Below, piece after piece: positions 12,567-25,727 of a DNA stretch of 64,000 nucleotides. The stretch is from Phoronis australis (Eukaryota; Animalia; Phoronida). The position numbers and the translations under genes were made by a program. The stretch's first letter is position 1, and each line of letters begins with the position of its first letter. Below the pieces are notes generated by a model. It was given only the letters and a program-made list of their open reading frames with translations. It had not been told where the DNA came from and made no database searches. The stretch lies in NCBI GenBank assembly GCA_002633005.1, contig NMRA01000202.1:291516-355515 (forward strand), given 5' to 3'.

Positions 12567-13480
12567 CGCTGGGTGTTGGGTGCCTGGTCCTTGGGAGGGT
12601 GTGACACTGTGTGCTTCAGACAGGATCAGTCGCAGGTTTCAGATCGTCACCAACAAGCTGTGGTCAACCAATAATACGCCCATAGTAAACATGTTTGGTA
12701 TGAATGAGGAAGCTGTGTATCAACACATCAAGGAGCATGGCTTCCTGTCCGTGACCTTCACTAGGGCATTACAGAGAAATGTCCAGACGAAGTATAAACA
12801 CCTCGGTATTTCGAGTTATGATCCGCTGAGCTCAAGTTTGGATGAGAACTCGAAACGGTATGTGCACGAGTTGTGTTTGAATCTACAACCTTGTGATATT
12901 GTATTGGACGTCCCTACGATCATGAGCTCAGTAGATACGTTTTCTCGATCACTGGTCAAACTTGGTCAAATGCAGAAAACCCGAGAGAAGAGTGATGCGA
13001 AGTCAGGACTTTTAAAACAGGCTGCGGAACCAAGGGCATTAAGGCCATTATTCAAATCAAATACACTTCCACTGATGTACCTGAATGCGAAGAATTTCCG
13101 CCTGTTTCTCCCTTGTGATCGAACCAAGTTTGTGAACGATACTGGTGACACTGGAAAACAAAGTGAAGACATGGACAATGATACATCAGATACACATAAT
13201 GTGTTCGAAGACATGGACACATCCACTGTACAGACGTCTGCTGTTGATACAGCTGGTGAGGACACGTCTACATCACACTCTACACAAGATCATGATATGG
13301 TCATGCTACAGTGTCTACAGCTGTCTCTGACATCACAAGTGGACAACCCTCTGCCTAGACTGGTGCTCAACAAAGATCTCTACTCTAAGGCACAACAGGC
13401 TGGCTTGACAACACAGCCCGGAGGTGTATTGGAAGACAGACAGTATCAATTGGACTTTAAGGCTCTTGCTGTGTGTACAG
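12567..13480 (+). CDS. VPS13B: VPS13B exon w13 (914 nt)
   Basis: VPS13B-like motifs HGFLSVTFTRA, LPLMYLN, DNPLPR, EDRQYQLD; ttgcag|...|gtgaag, phase 2-1. Confidence 0.95.
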
Positions 13481-14006
13481 GTGAAGCTAAGTAGTTGAAT
13501 CATTAAAACTGCAATTTATTTTAATTTATTTTTGCAGTAAAACAAGGCAATGGTTTTGAATTATGGTACCTTGTCTGCGGTAATGCCCAAGGAGTTTGAA
13601 ATAAAATCTTGATCGATCTGAAGCCAAGCATGGGCAATTGAAACTATTCAAGCTAATTGTAGCTCCTAATATGCTGCATTCTGTTAGTCACTGCATGTGC
13701 TGGAGACAAATGAAAGATGAGGGGAATGGTTATTCACAGGATGTTTTGGTAGCTGAATTATGAAAATTAGATGGTTGTAATTGTGAGGTTGAGTATGGGT
13801 GTTAAACTTAACAACATAGTTATATTTGTCTTTAGCAAATGATATCATGAAGCTTATCAGAGACTAGTTACATGGCAAATGAGAATATGCATATTGGTTT
13901 TGTTATGAAGTCATGCTTAATTTTGCCTGATGTACTGAAAATATTACTTATAACACATAACGGAAGTAATCAGCTTGACTTCAACAATTGTCTTTTCATT
14001 TTTCAG

Positions 14007-14106
14007 GGATGTGGGCAGAAATGGTTCAGAGACCTCTTCTTAACTCATCATCGAATGGTGTTCAGAATCCAGCTCTTGAATGGAACCTACGAGACATGTC
14101 TAAGCA
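14007..14106 (+). CDS. VPS13B: VPS13B exon w14
   Basis: Contains QNPALEWN, a characteristic VPS13B motif; phase 1-2. Confidence 0.93.
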
Positions 14107-14416
14107 GTAAGAAAAAAATTAAGAAGTTTCGTAGTAGTTAGAAATCTGGAAATTAATGCTGGGAGGAAAAATTACATTTGGCTCACACTGATTTACATGT
14201 GAAGTGGTGTGAATACAGGTAATGCGCTTAACAACTCACTTTGTTAGACTTTGTGAAAGCATTTGACATTCTTGTTCACCATCTTCATCACCACAGATTG
14301 GTCTGTGTATTGGAATGAAAATCATATACTAAGTGTAACAATTTTTCTTTGTTTTGTTTTGTTTTAGACATTTAAAAAGCAGCGAGAAAAATGTGTGGCC
14401 AATTACTTTTTTTCAG

Positions 14417-14525
14417 GGATTATGGCATAGCTGAGATGTTCCCCATAGTCTCCAGTTTTGACCTATGTGTAAATGCAGCACCAGCTCTTGTCTATCATCC
14501 TCAGAATACAAGTGGGCCATATCAG
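14417..14525 (+). CDS. VPS13B: VPS13B exon w15
   Basis: ttttcag| ...PIVSSFDLCVNAAPALVY... |gtaaac, phase 2-0. Confidence 0.9.
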
Positions 14526-14900
14526 GTAAACTGTGTTGTACTTTAGAATTTTTGGGTTGATTTGTCACTGAGTTGTAATTTACGAGCCTGAGATTTCTTG
14601 CTTAAATATTACTGAGTATTGAATAATTTCAAATCCAAATACTCCTTGTAATGCACCTGATAATTTTCTGTTGGACACTATGAACTGGATATTGAAGTCT
14701 TTCATGATGCTGTTCGAAACCTATCAAAGACTTGTCATATAGGACTGGAATCTGAAGCAATAAAAGTGATCAGTGTGATTTAACTTATCTGTATTAAACT
14801 CTGCAGGACATTAGAAATGTCTACTTGCCGAACTTATGTAGAATCATTATATAAATTCATCTCTTATTACCTTATAATTGATGTATTTGCGATTATATAG

Positions 14901-15651
14901 GATATCCCTATCTGTGGCTACTCTCTTGAAGTTAATGCTACAAGTGACATTGACCTGTACGTCAGCACAAACCAAGTGGATCTGTTATGTGACCTTTACT
15001 CCTATCATTTTCCTGAAGTCAAGACTGAGACCTCGCAGTCACATGGTGTGCCAGTGAACCAAGGAGCAAGCTGTCAGCCTGATGCCTTGCATAAGAACGA
15101 CAGTGGGATAGAGAGTGAACTATCTATGAAAAGAACTGGTAACAGTTGTAGGAATGGTGGAGTAGATGGTCTGACGCCATTTGACATCCTGTTGACCGCA
15201 CGGAACCTTTCTCTGACAACATATTCCCATAAAAGGAAACAGTCTCTTGACAAAACTGCCAGTACCCACGCAGATGTTGAGACAAGCTCGCACAAGCACG
15301 TATCTCTAATTCGCAAGAAGAGTGATCTGGATTGGAAAGGAGAGACAAATTTGGACGATCACCGCTCCGATGCGGCTAGTATAGACTCTCATGAGTCATT
15401 CCACCACTCGTCTGCATCATCCAGGTCGTCGCGATCTTACGAGGCCTCTGTGAGTTCCCAGGCATCTACATTAGATAGCATCAGACAGACTCCCAATAAG
15501 AAGCTCAAGGAGCAGTTGGTGGTGCCCGCTTTCTTCATTTTATTCTCCCAACCCTACACTGTTATGCATTACTCTGAAGAGAATCATTCCTTGGAGCTGT
15601 CCTGTTTCAACGCTGCACTTAGAGGAGCCAAGCCTGGCTATGTTTTGAACG
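14901..15651 (+). CDS. VPS13B: VPS13B exon w16 (751 nt)
   Basis: ICGYSLEVNATSDIDLYVS, NDSGIES, TPFDILLTA, FSQP; |gtgagt, phase 0-1. Confidence 0.93.
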
Positions 15652-15961
15652 GTGAGTCACATTCCTGTTGAGTCATGGCATGCATCATTCATCGTCCTGT
15701 TGACATCAATGATTCACTCGTGAATCAGTCATTTTTAGGTAACCATAGAGTGGTTGAGGTAAGCTCTCAAATGTAAATAATTATCATAAAAGTTTGTTCG
15801 AGATCGCTGTTCACTTGTTATGAAAATTTAATTTGTGCACCACAGACTTGTACTATATTGGTTCATAGATAGACATACAAGCGCTACAGAGTTGATGATG
15901 CCCACAACATTTAGTTTCAGTTGGCACAATTCTCCATAACCAGGTTGGTAATAGTCACTCT

Positions 15962-16041
15962 CAGGGGTCCCACATTTTGAGAACCAGTTTTCTCCATTCA
16001 ATAACTGGCATTAAACTGGTTCACAAAATTTAGGACCTCTG
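15962..16041. mobile_element. Short palindromic MITE family copy
   Basis: caggggtcccacattttgagaaccagttt ... aaactggttcacaaaatttaggacctctg. Confidence 0.7.
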
Positions 16042-16403
16042 TAGGTAACTATAACTACCACGTCAATATGAAAGTGCTTAATCAGCTAGTATACACTAGA
16101 AAGGGGGCAGTTGGGAAGCCCAGTTGTTCAAATTAAGCAGATGACTTGATGAGGTAGGAAGATGAGAGCTAAACTTGCCTGATGCCTAGTCATGGAACCA
16201 GTTGGTCACAATTTTGATGCGATCCAGTATATGCTTACAGAGAGTCAACCAGCTGTCTTTACAATGAGATAAGTCTTGCCTTATCTGTTGCTGGCAAATG
16301 TCTCTCAGGACAGAACGTTCCTTTGTTCACTTCACTGTGAATAAAAATCTACCTGTTTATTGTCCCACTTCTTACACTCGGAATGTGTGCCTATGCCTCT
16401 CAG

Positions 16404-16565
16404 ATTATGCGCACCTGGACTTTGCAGATCAGTGTAAACTGCTCCCAGACAGCCAAGACTTTCACCTCATCTTGCTGGAGTCGCGCCCAGGTGAACCCCA
16501 CCCAAAGACAGGTATACCTCCGGCACTGTGTACCCTGACGGCTGAGGACTTTTTAACATCTCCAG
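16404..16565 (+). CDS. VPS13B: VPS13B exon w17 (alternative in-frame acceptor at 16428)
   Basis: LLESRPGEPHPKTGIPPAL...DFL; phase 1-1. Confidence 0.85.
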
Positions 16566-17067
16566 GTGTGGCCTAATGTTTTTATTATATTGTAACTACA
16601 TTTAAAAAATTGATCAAATTGCTTTGTGGTATTCAAGCGTTACTCTGATGTATGTAGTGGAATGGTAATAACCAAGAATAAAAAATTTTTCTTGTTACTG
16701 AAATCAGTCGCGATGCCTTCATAATATAGTGGTCAGATTTTGTTAGTAGATAATTTTTGACAAAATGTCTCAAAGCAATTTCCAATTAACCTTTTTATGA
16801 ATGGAGAGAGACATCACATGTGCAAAGGATTATGGGAAATTGATTGTTCACTTAGCAGATGAAACACTTTCATTTTCCAGTGGACAGGTGGCGAGGAGAA
16901 AGGATATCTCACAAATCTCTACTTTGAGCTGTAATTGCATCAAGCTTCTTCTATCCGTCAACACATCAGTTGTGGCAATATTCAATCAATGAAATTAATA
17001 TTGACCGCAAGGGTAATTAATGGGCAGATTGCATTTGACCTTGACCCAATTGATCAATCCTTTTCAG

Positions 17068-17205
17068 CTGACATCTGCCTCAAAGTTGAGAGGCCTATGA
17101 GGGTGAATCTGCATTTGGACACTCTTGACCAGATTGAGCACTTGATCTCAGAACTGTCTCTAGCCGCAAAAAGTACTGAGGATATGGAACAGAAAACACA
17201 TAGAA
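17068..17205 (+). CDS. VPS13B: VPS13B exon w18
   Basis: ttttcag| DICLKVERPMRVNL... |gtatga, phase 1-1. Confidence 0.85.
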
Positions 17206-17552
17206 GTATGATTTAATGTCTTAGGCTGTAAATGTTAAATTTGTCATTGAGCACAGCGACATCTACTGGAAACTCTATCTTAATTTTTATTCTGAAATTT
17301 TGGTGAAAAGAATGCACTTTGAAATGATGGTGAAATCAAGTTTGAATTTGCTCATCTAAACAAACCAACATCAACTCCTGAAACCTCGTGAAGTAAAACT
17401 CAAAAACCAAATTCCATATGACTAAAACTCCATTACTAGGGGGCTACCATTCTCCATATTTGACTGTTTTTTGGAATATGTTTAGCTGTTGTGGAATCTG
17501 AAGCAAACATCACCAATATGTTTTAATTCTCAGTTATTACTTGCCTTTGCAG

Positions 17553-17738
17553 GTGATATGTCTAGTCACCCACAGAGGTCACCAGTAACAGTGTCATCCA
17601 GACTCCAGCGATTGACTGTTAGTACAGTGGAGTTTACCTGCGGCTTTGGTACGGTATTCAGTTCATTACACGCAGGTTTACTCCTCACCTGGGCTGGTGT
17701 CAAGGGGGAAATGGAATTGACTGACCGTGGAGTCAAAG
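17553..17738 (+). CDS. VPS13B: VPS13B exon w19
   Basis: tttgcag|...aaag|gtgagc, phase 1-1. Confidence 0.8.
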
Positions 17739-18052
17739 GTGAGCCATACCAGCTAAGCAGGGGATTGACATGTCAATAAATTTCTAAAACATATTGTGTT
17801 TTACTGAATCACTTAATGATTAATGTTTCAAATCTTTTGTCATTGGTACATTTCTTTATTTCTTAAATTGAGCTAAGTACTTTTGATCGCTGATTGGAAA
17901 GTTCCGATTTTTTTAAAAACAGTCACAGAAAAATACAGTTGGCATTTTCTCATAGTTGGTAAATGTTTCTGATTAATTGCTTCCAAGCTAACCGAGAACC
18001 GAGTGATTCGAATTTATGAATATTTAATACTAGTTTGTAATTATAATTTCAG

Positions 18053-18312
18053 ATTTTAGCAAAACAGCTACAACATATTTCAACCTTCGAGACATTTCCC
18101 TGATGACCACATTTGACAAAACTTCTCATTACCTCATTGGTCCCCTCACTGTTGACCTATTGACCTCCTTTGACTGGTGTGCTCACAGTGGCCCAGTTTG
18201 GTTACCTCGGACACTGGTTACTATGGAAACACAGAGTGTGCCCATCCACTTTGGTCACGAACATGTCATGTGTCTTCAACTGATCATGGAGTGTTTAAGC
18301 AAATATCTTCAG
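18053..18312 (+). CDS. VPS13B: VPS13B exon w20
   Basis: LIGPLTVD...WCAHSG...HFGHEHVMCL; phase 1-0. Confidence 0.9.
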
Positions 18313-18636
18313 GTAGTGGATGAGCTCTTCTTGGATTTAGAAAGTCTAGTTCAAACTATTTTATTGTCTCAGGATGAGCACTCTTCTTAGTTGCCATGGA
18401 ACTTAATTACCAGTTGTTAGTTCTCATTCCCAACTTGTTGTCAGTTCTGGATAATTTTCTGCCGCAATTATCCAACGTGTGTAATTTTGCGCCCACATAT
18501 TTATTATGTGGACTCACTATTAAGTTGGGCATCATGAAATCGGCTCCTGGTGTTATTTATTTCACCTTTTTATGAACTGTCACGGCATCAACATTTAGTC
18601 CTTACTTGAGTCGAGTACTATGAACTTTTCTTTCAG

Positions 18637-18769
18637 TCAAGTAAAGAGCAGTTGTCAAAGTCAAAGGTCAAGTCGTCTAGTACTGAGCGGAAATGTCTTG
18701 AAAGCGTCTCAAACTTTGAAAGCTCGGATGATTTGAGATCCGGTAACTTTGAATACATTACAGGCGATG
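18637..18769 (+). CDS. VPS13B: VPS13B exon w21
   Basis: SSDDLRSGNFEYI motif; tttcag|...|gtgagt, phase 0-1. Confidence 0.9.
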
Positions 18770-19498
18770 GTGAGTAGGGAGTAGTCATTACTGTTATAAG
18801 TAGTGTATCAAATGCATTATGGCATGTGGTTGGAAAGTGCATTTAATTTAATTAAATGGCCACCACAAATTCTAGGTATCACAGAAAATTTTACCCTGAA
18901 AACACCAATACCGGTTATCCATGTTGTCAACATTCTCAAAACACTGTCTTGTTGAGTCGATTCCTGACCCCAATTACCAAGTACTTCCTGAAGATGTGCC
19001 CATTAGATGTCTTTCATATACAGCAGTTTAGCATAGAGTGTGTCTGGTAATCCTGCCTCTAGCATTTGGTTTTTTGTTGTGGAAATGTTGATAATTACCC
19101 CTCACAAGCAAATAGTTTTTGTAATTATTGTGCACTTTTTGATTAGTTTAAATTAATTAAAACCTTTTAGGGTATAACAAAGATATGTTTCAGGTGCGTC
19201 TAGTGGTGTTTGTAGTTAATGACCCACTTTCAGTTACAGCCACCCATTGCTGTACATCACATTTTACTTAATCAATAACATTTGATTAGTAGTGAACACA
19301 ATACAGATAAGTTACTTGTTTGGTCAGTGATTAAAAAATAAGTTGAGAAATTGCTTATAACAACAACTTACAGTAGAGGCAATTTTTCCTATAACATTAA
19401 AGCAGTTTTGTATGACACAAGTTTAATAACTTATAATTATTTAGTTTACTTATTAAAAGTCTTGCATTTTTTTACTTATCTCTGCCTTTCATTGATAG

Positions 19499-19650
19499 AC
19501 TGTCCCAACTTGCTCCCGGATCCTGGGGAGATTGTCTTCTGCTCTGAGACTGTCCGTCACACCAGTGCAATGACTTGGTGTTATCCAGAGTCCAGGGCCG
19601 TATCCATGGTAACAGTGATGCCTGTACCATTCAACATGAGCACTGAAACG
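19499..19650 (+). CDS. VPS13B: VPS13B exon w22
   Basis: MTWCYPESRAVSMVTVMPVPFN; phase 1-0. Confidence 0.9.
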
Positions 19651-21108
19651 GTACTTATGTTTGAATTAGTCTGTGAAGAAGATTGACAGAAACATGTCAT
19701 TTAACATACATTCATTGGTGGTTTGTAGTAGACTTGTTGTTTTGAAAGCAGGCTTTATAGCAGTAAACTATTTGCTTTCTGAATTTTTATTCTAAGTCAA
19801 TCCAATTTGCACTATATAAAGTTGATAAAAACTTTTTTATATTATTTTGTTAATGTATACACATCCGATAGATAAAGCATTATAGCGCAAATTGTTAGGT
19901 TTCTTACACAAGACAGTATACCCAGACTCACTCAAGTGGCCTCACTCTAGTGGCCTCACAAGACTTAAAAACTTAATTTATTATTAAGTTAATCAACTAA
20001 TAAAAGATTCATAGGAGTCTATCTACTGTTAAAATTATTTTGATGCAATTTTTGTGGTGGAATAAGTATTTTTGTATAAATACTCAAAAATTTCTGTTTT
20101 AAGTATACACCACAAGGCCATTATCTAACTTATATTCAGTGCATTCGAGTCTGACAATTTGTCAAAGGTAACATCCTAACATGAGAAATTTATGGGTAAC
20201 TTCACTTTCTTGAAACAACAAAGACCAAAAGGGGTGACTTGTACTGATTCAAACGCCCAGTACAGATAGATGATATCCTTTGGTTCTTTTCCACAAAAGG
20301 TGAAACATTTGGGAATGTGAGTCTCCAATTTTACATTAAGCATTTTGTGGATAAAAGTGTTCTTTTCAAATGGGTTTGAAGCCATTTCATATTATCAACT
20401 GAAGCTAAAATTTATAGACCAAATTTGAGGCAGTTGGGAATTAAGCATTAACTTCCATTTTGTTTCAAACTTCATTTTTGTACAACTGACATATCAAAGA
20501 ATCATCAATAAAATTAATTTATTTGTCTTTTTGATGAAAAAGATATTAGAAAATAGTTGAGAAAAATTCAGTAACAAGATAACTTTGAAGGAATCAAAAT
20601 TGATTTTTATGTCCGTAAGATTTTCCTAAGCCCTAAAATTCAGTGAATAGTGGAGAAAACTTTAAACTTGTTTCTTAAGTTGGTTGAAAGTGATCTGTGG
20701 ACTCTGGAAGAACCATCGATTTGTAAATTTGAGATTGAACTGAGCAAGTTAGCTAAGTGAAAGCTAGGCTCATTTGCAATAAGAATGAAATGAAATAGGT
20801 GACTTATAATAGTAAAAATTTTACTCTTTTCAATAAGACAATAAAGTGTAACTGCTGTCTACCCTAACTGACCCTCCTTCTGAAATGGGTAGGGTCAGCC
20901 ATCAGGTTTTGTTATTTCATTGAAAAAAGCATTCATTGTCAAATTAATTCTTTTCGCGGATTACAAAATAATGAAATTTGTCAAGTTTGAATGACGGGTA
21001 TTTATGATAAGTCGAATGACGGAAAAGAATATGCCTTACAAAGTTGTGAAAGGCTCAGTGAAGTCATAATTGAAAATTGACACTGTGTATTTGACCCTGT
21101 TGTTTCAG

Positions 21109-21308
21109 TTGTTACAAACTCAACCGAAAGGCATCTTGCAATATTGGGACGTTTTGCGTAAAGTGTTTGTGGACGTCGCCCATTTCACCTTCTCAGAGTT
21201 TGAGGCCGTTACACTTGACCTTGCTGACCTTTCAGCAAAGCAGACGATCCGGAGTGTGTCTGAGATCTGGAGAATTGCCATCTTGTCTAATATAACCGTT
21301 GATGCCAG
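21109..21308 (+). CDS. VPS13B: VPS13B exon w23
   Basis: LQYWDVLRKVFV...SEIWRI; phase 0-2. Confidence 0.9.
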
Positions 21309-21531
21309 GTAAAGCTGTTGTACTAAAGTGACTTCACTGAGATAAAAGTTATCAAAGATCAATCTATTTACTACATGGTTGGAGTACATGATATGTAAGA
21401 TGTATATTTGACAACTTTCTTGCTTCTTAACATGGCATTGGGTAATTTGCATAGCTCTGTTGATACAAGTTTCAATCAGTTTTTTATTGATTCGTGTTCT
21501 GGCATGAAATTGTTTGTAATTCCGTTTCCAG

Positions 21532-21692
21532 TCAAAAGGTGTCTCTGCCCATTGTATCTCCTGTATCTCTTGCTGCTTGTACTCGAGTCAACTCTGGATT
21601 TGTGCCTCAACTTGTCCCGGCCCTACAGATGTCTCTGTCTTTCGGACATGTCAGCTTGCACATGGAGAATCATGTACAACACCTCGGCAAAG
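21532..21692 (+). CDS. VPS13B: VPS13B exon w24
   Basis: SPVSLAACTRVNSGFVPQLVP; phase 2-1. Confidence 0.93.
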
Positions 21693-22080
21693 GTAAAAAG
21701 TGTGGATGTTGTGATAAGAATAATTCTATTATTTTATGTGTCTCTAAAATATTTGACTCTAACTCAGTCCGTAAAATTAATGTCTAAGTCAACGTCTGTA
21801 GATCTATTGGTTTGAAGAATTTTTCAACTGTTTGTGGATAGTGTTGCTTTTCCTGTTATCATTTTGTTGCAATGTGATAATAGCGTTAAGGACATTAATT
21901 ACCATAACTTTAGCTAACTTCGGAACATTATATCTCAGAACTGGATGATTGTATTCATATCATGAACCTTTCAAGATAGTGCGCTTGATCCACTATTCTC
22001 CAAAACTCTATTAGGAATTGTTTTTAAAATTTTCCATTTTTGCATCAAAAATAACACTCGTTGCTCACTGTCCCCTCCAG

Positions 22081-22217
22081 GCACCCCAGATCAACTTCAG
22101 CCATTTATATTGGATCAGACCACACCCTCCTGTCAGGAATACATGACTGTTACCCTGGACAGTGTTCATCTTTTCACGTCACTGTGGACGACGCCAAATG
22201 TTAGAGTTGAGTCAGAG
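22081..22217 (+). CDS. VPS13B: VPS13B exon w25
   Basis: ctccag| ...LQPFILDQTTPSCQEYMTV... |gtatgg, phase 1-0. Confidence 0.88.
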
Positions 22218-22794
22218 GTATGGTTTGTGTTCTTGGTGCAGGTGTTTTCATGTGATGATAATTTGAGAAAACATATTGTGACAACTTGCAGTTGTCCTTG
22301 ACTGCCAATATGAATTTTTTTATTGCCTATCTGGTAAGTAGCCTGTAACTGTTGAAATGAAGTAGATGTTTGAAACTCCGGATTAGTGGGCCTTTGTGCT
22401 CCTCTAGATTGTCGTCAATTCTGCCCACTGTCATTAGCCGGTGCCTTTTGTAACTTTTATGAAGGGCAATCACACGCTGTTTAGAAAATAAATCCAACCC
22501 CTCACCTGGATTTGTGGTCTGTCTCGTGTCCTTTGCACCCCTTAGCCACCCTTAGGTACAGGACGGTAATACTAAATTCACCTTGTGACATCTAGTACTC
22601 CTTAGTATGAGTCAATGCCTATTCCGTTATGTGCACAATGACTTGTACTTGCCATTTTACTGAGGCAGAAAATTTCACTTGTATGCGGCCATGATTATGA
22701 CTGGGGAATTCTGGATGTTTTGTCTGATTACTTTTGCCAAGCTTACATTGTGCGTAGTCCAGTATTCAGTAGCATTGTCTATTGTATGCTTTAG

Positions 22795-22905
22795 CTGTCT
22801 ATGACTGCTAGCTGCCAGATCGTCGAATATCGTTACCTGCTGATGCAACCCCTAGTGGACCCTTTTGATGTCATGGTGACACTGTCGGCTGACCTGACTA
22901 ATATG
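22795..22905 (+). CDS. VPS13B: VPS13B exon w26
   Basis: ctttag| LSMTASCQIVEYRYLLMQPLVDPF |gtaag, phase 0-0. Confidence 0.88.
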
Positions 22906-23939
22906 GTAAGATGTAATGTCTTTATGAACTGATTATCTGCTTGGCAATGCTGTCTGAAAAAGAAATCATATTAAGTAGGTTGCCTACCCCTACAAAATTC
23001 GCCCAGAAACTTTCCTCAGCACGAAAGCACTCTAAATTCCATTGTCAAACTGTTTACACGTGGACTATTAGTCAAAACACTACAGAGAAGCATAGGTCGA
23101 GGAAGTCCTTCCAATTTTTGTCCACCGTAGGTTATCTCTGGATTGTAAGTAAATGTTGGACCTAATGCTATGTGGTAAATAAAAGAAATTTAAGGCTAGT
23201 TATAAATTAAATAATTTAATGTTTGTTGAAGCAGTTAGTGGAGAGCGAATCAATGAAGGTTAACTTTACTTTAATTTTAAAAGATTACCTGAAGGTTGTT
23301 TTGAATTAAAAGGTAAATTTTATTCAATAATATTGTACATTTTGAAGGCATTTTGAAATTGGTAAATTTGAGATATTTTACTTACTACAAGAAATATTTT
23401 GAGCCTTTTTAGTCAATTTTTGCAAAACTGTGATTCTTGTGATTGACGTTACAATTCCTCAAGGTGGAAGTGCGGTGTAGGAAGTAGCAAAAACTTGAGC
23501 AAGTCTCCAATATCTCTCGCTTTTCCATAGTTTCTAATAACTGTCCCAGCCTCAGTGCATAATAAATTTCCAATCAGACTTGAGCAATAATGTCAAAAAC
23601 AAGACTAATACAGTATTGAGTCAACTGTTCACTCACGCACATGATGGTTATTTGCCACGTGTGGGTTGCTCAGTGTCAGAATAATTCTTATCTAGTAACA
23701 GAGATTTTTTTCTTATCTTTACTTTATGGAGAAATTTAACAAAATAGTATTTCACCTGTGGATCATGCTGTGTTCTAAATTTATTTAGTAAACTATGCTG
23801 TACTTCAATTTTTATAAAAAGTTGCTGTAAAAGTTCAAAATAGCTTTCAGAATATCGAGTGAAATAGGTTAAATTGGTAAAAAAATGTCCTTCACAGTAG
23901 CATGATTCCTTATATGGTAGTTTTTAAATTTCCTTGTAG

Positions 23940-24035
23940 AATATAGACACAAAGACTGTGTTTGAACCAGTTGATATCCATGTTGGTCAGAATGCTGTTC
24001 ACACGCTGAACTCAGCCATACAGACTTGGTCACAG
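23940..24035 (+). CDS. VPS13B: VPS13B exon w27
   Basis: VGQNAVHTLNSAIQTWSQ; phase 0-0. Confidence 0.92.
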
Positions 24036-24390
24036 GTAAAACACCTTTCATTTAAGGAGCTTATCATTGAACCTTTATTTGACTGTATAGAATACATTAA
24101 CTTAACGAATTCAAGAAGTTACGATGGATTAATTTTCACAAAATTTTCGGGAGGCGTTTTTAAGCATTGTGGCGACATAATGAAATAAGCTCTGCAGCTA
24201 GAAGGAAATGTAAGTGTTTTGGGGATAAATTTTCAGCTCTAGCTGAGGTTCACCTGTGACTTGGGTGTGTTTTAACTGGCAGTCTAAACTGAAATTATTT
24301 GTGATCATTTTGCTTTGGTGTCTTCTAGTATGTAAATTAGTCGCATTTTACGGCAAATAAATGTGTCATTAAGAGAAGACATCTAGAAAA

Positions 24391-24465
24391 GATAATAATC
24401 ATAATAATAATCATGATAATAATCATGATAATAATCATAATAATAATCATGATAATAATCATGAT
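24391..24465. repeat. 12-bp AT-rich tandem repeat (atgataataatc)n
   Basis: About 6 tandem units seen directly. Confidence 0.9.
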
Positions 24466-24580
24466 ATTGATGACGTCAAAAGTGAAATTAAGCCAGATTG
24501 ATGAAGCTGTTAACTTTGCTTAAAAAGGTTAATGTTTTAGCCACAGACTTTGAAGTCTATTGGTTATCTATTCGTTTCAG

Positions 24581-24742
24581 ATGTCCAATCGTGATGCTGA
24601 TCGAGTCTTGGTGAACTACTATGTGGTGTGTAATGACACCCAAGAGACACTACATATCAGTCAGGTGGACACTGATGAGAATATTGTGTTACAGTCACGT
24701 GAAATGACCCCCTACAGTTGGAGGACCCATACTAAGAAACAG
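24581..24742 (+). CDS. VPS13B: VPS13B exon w28 (probable start of VAB/adaptor-binding region)
   Basis: VVCNDTQETLHISQVDTDENIVL...YSWR; phase 0-0. Confidence 0.95.
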
Positions 24743-24899
24743 GTGCCGTCAGTTGTTTGGCAATGTGTGGCTTGTATCCTAAAAGTGAACCAGTCATCAG
24801 TGGACTTTAGGTTTTGAGGCTATCATAATGATTGAATTGATGTGACCAAGCTGCTGTTGATTAATTATGGTAGCCTGGTACATTGCCATGGACTGTGAT

Positions 24900-25530
24900 A
24901 ATCAAATTTTTAGATTACTGAACTGGTCACTTGCTCAGGCATCATACCTTTCTGAGAATTAAGAGCTGCGTCAATGTTACAGTTCATATCAAGGTACTTG
25001 ACAATTTCGTACAAATCTGGTGACTGCCATGCCCCTTGTGGCAATTTATTTTTTTCAGCCGCTTTTTTTACCTATGAAACTAATGTTGAAGAATAGATAT
25101 AATTACTTTGCATTTATGTTTGTACAAGGTATGGGAAACCACTCGGTCAATACTCTAATCTATGTATTGCTGCATGCCTAGTGGCTATTTTGGTTTTTTG
25201 GCATTTGGCTCTCTGACAAGCCGTTTCAATAATATTTGTGAAATGTTGCACTTATATTTTTATTGCAGATAATGTTTAGTTGCATTCTCTAATTTTCGGA
25301 CAAATGCTGCTAGTGCTGCGCCATTTTTTCTCAGTTTCAGTTTGATGTCCACCCTGATATTTACCAACTGATTGATTGATGTTCATGGAATGCAGTTTTT
25401 CGAGGACTTGCTTTGTGCCCCCTAGAGGCAATTTTTAGGTTTGCTGTCTCTAAATAATGATGATCCCTTATATCTGTGCTGTATCTGATGCATTTTTTCT
25501 GTGCATATTAAAGATTTGCGTGGTTGTTCT
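24900..25530 (+). mobile_element. Degraded HINE-like copy
   Basis: Repeated gcccc-tagtggcaattt-like subunits as in the 621 and 31730 copies; ends approximate. Confidence 0.5.
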
Positions 25531-25574
25531 TGGCTGATAACATGTTAGATATTTACCAAATTATTTCTTTCTAG

Positions 25575-25727
25575 TTACTGCATTTATGTGTCGATGGCAT
25601 GGGGTGGAAGTGGTCTGATCCGTTCTCCTTGGACAATGAAGGTACAACACTCCGCGTAATTGACAGCGGTCAGCAGCGGTCAGCCTTGCTCATCAGTGTT
25701 CGCCAGATTTCTAATGTCCAAAAGCAG
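25575..25727 (+). CDS. VPS13B: VPS13B exon w29
   Basis: LLHLCVDGMGWKWSDPFSLD...QKQ |gtaagg. Confidence 0.93.
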
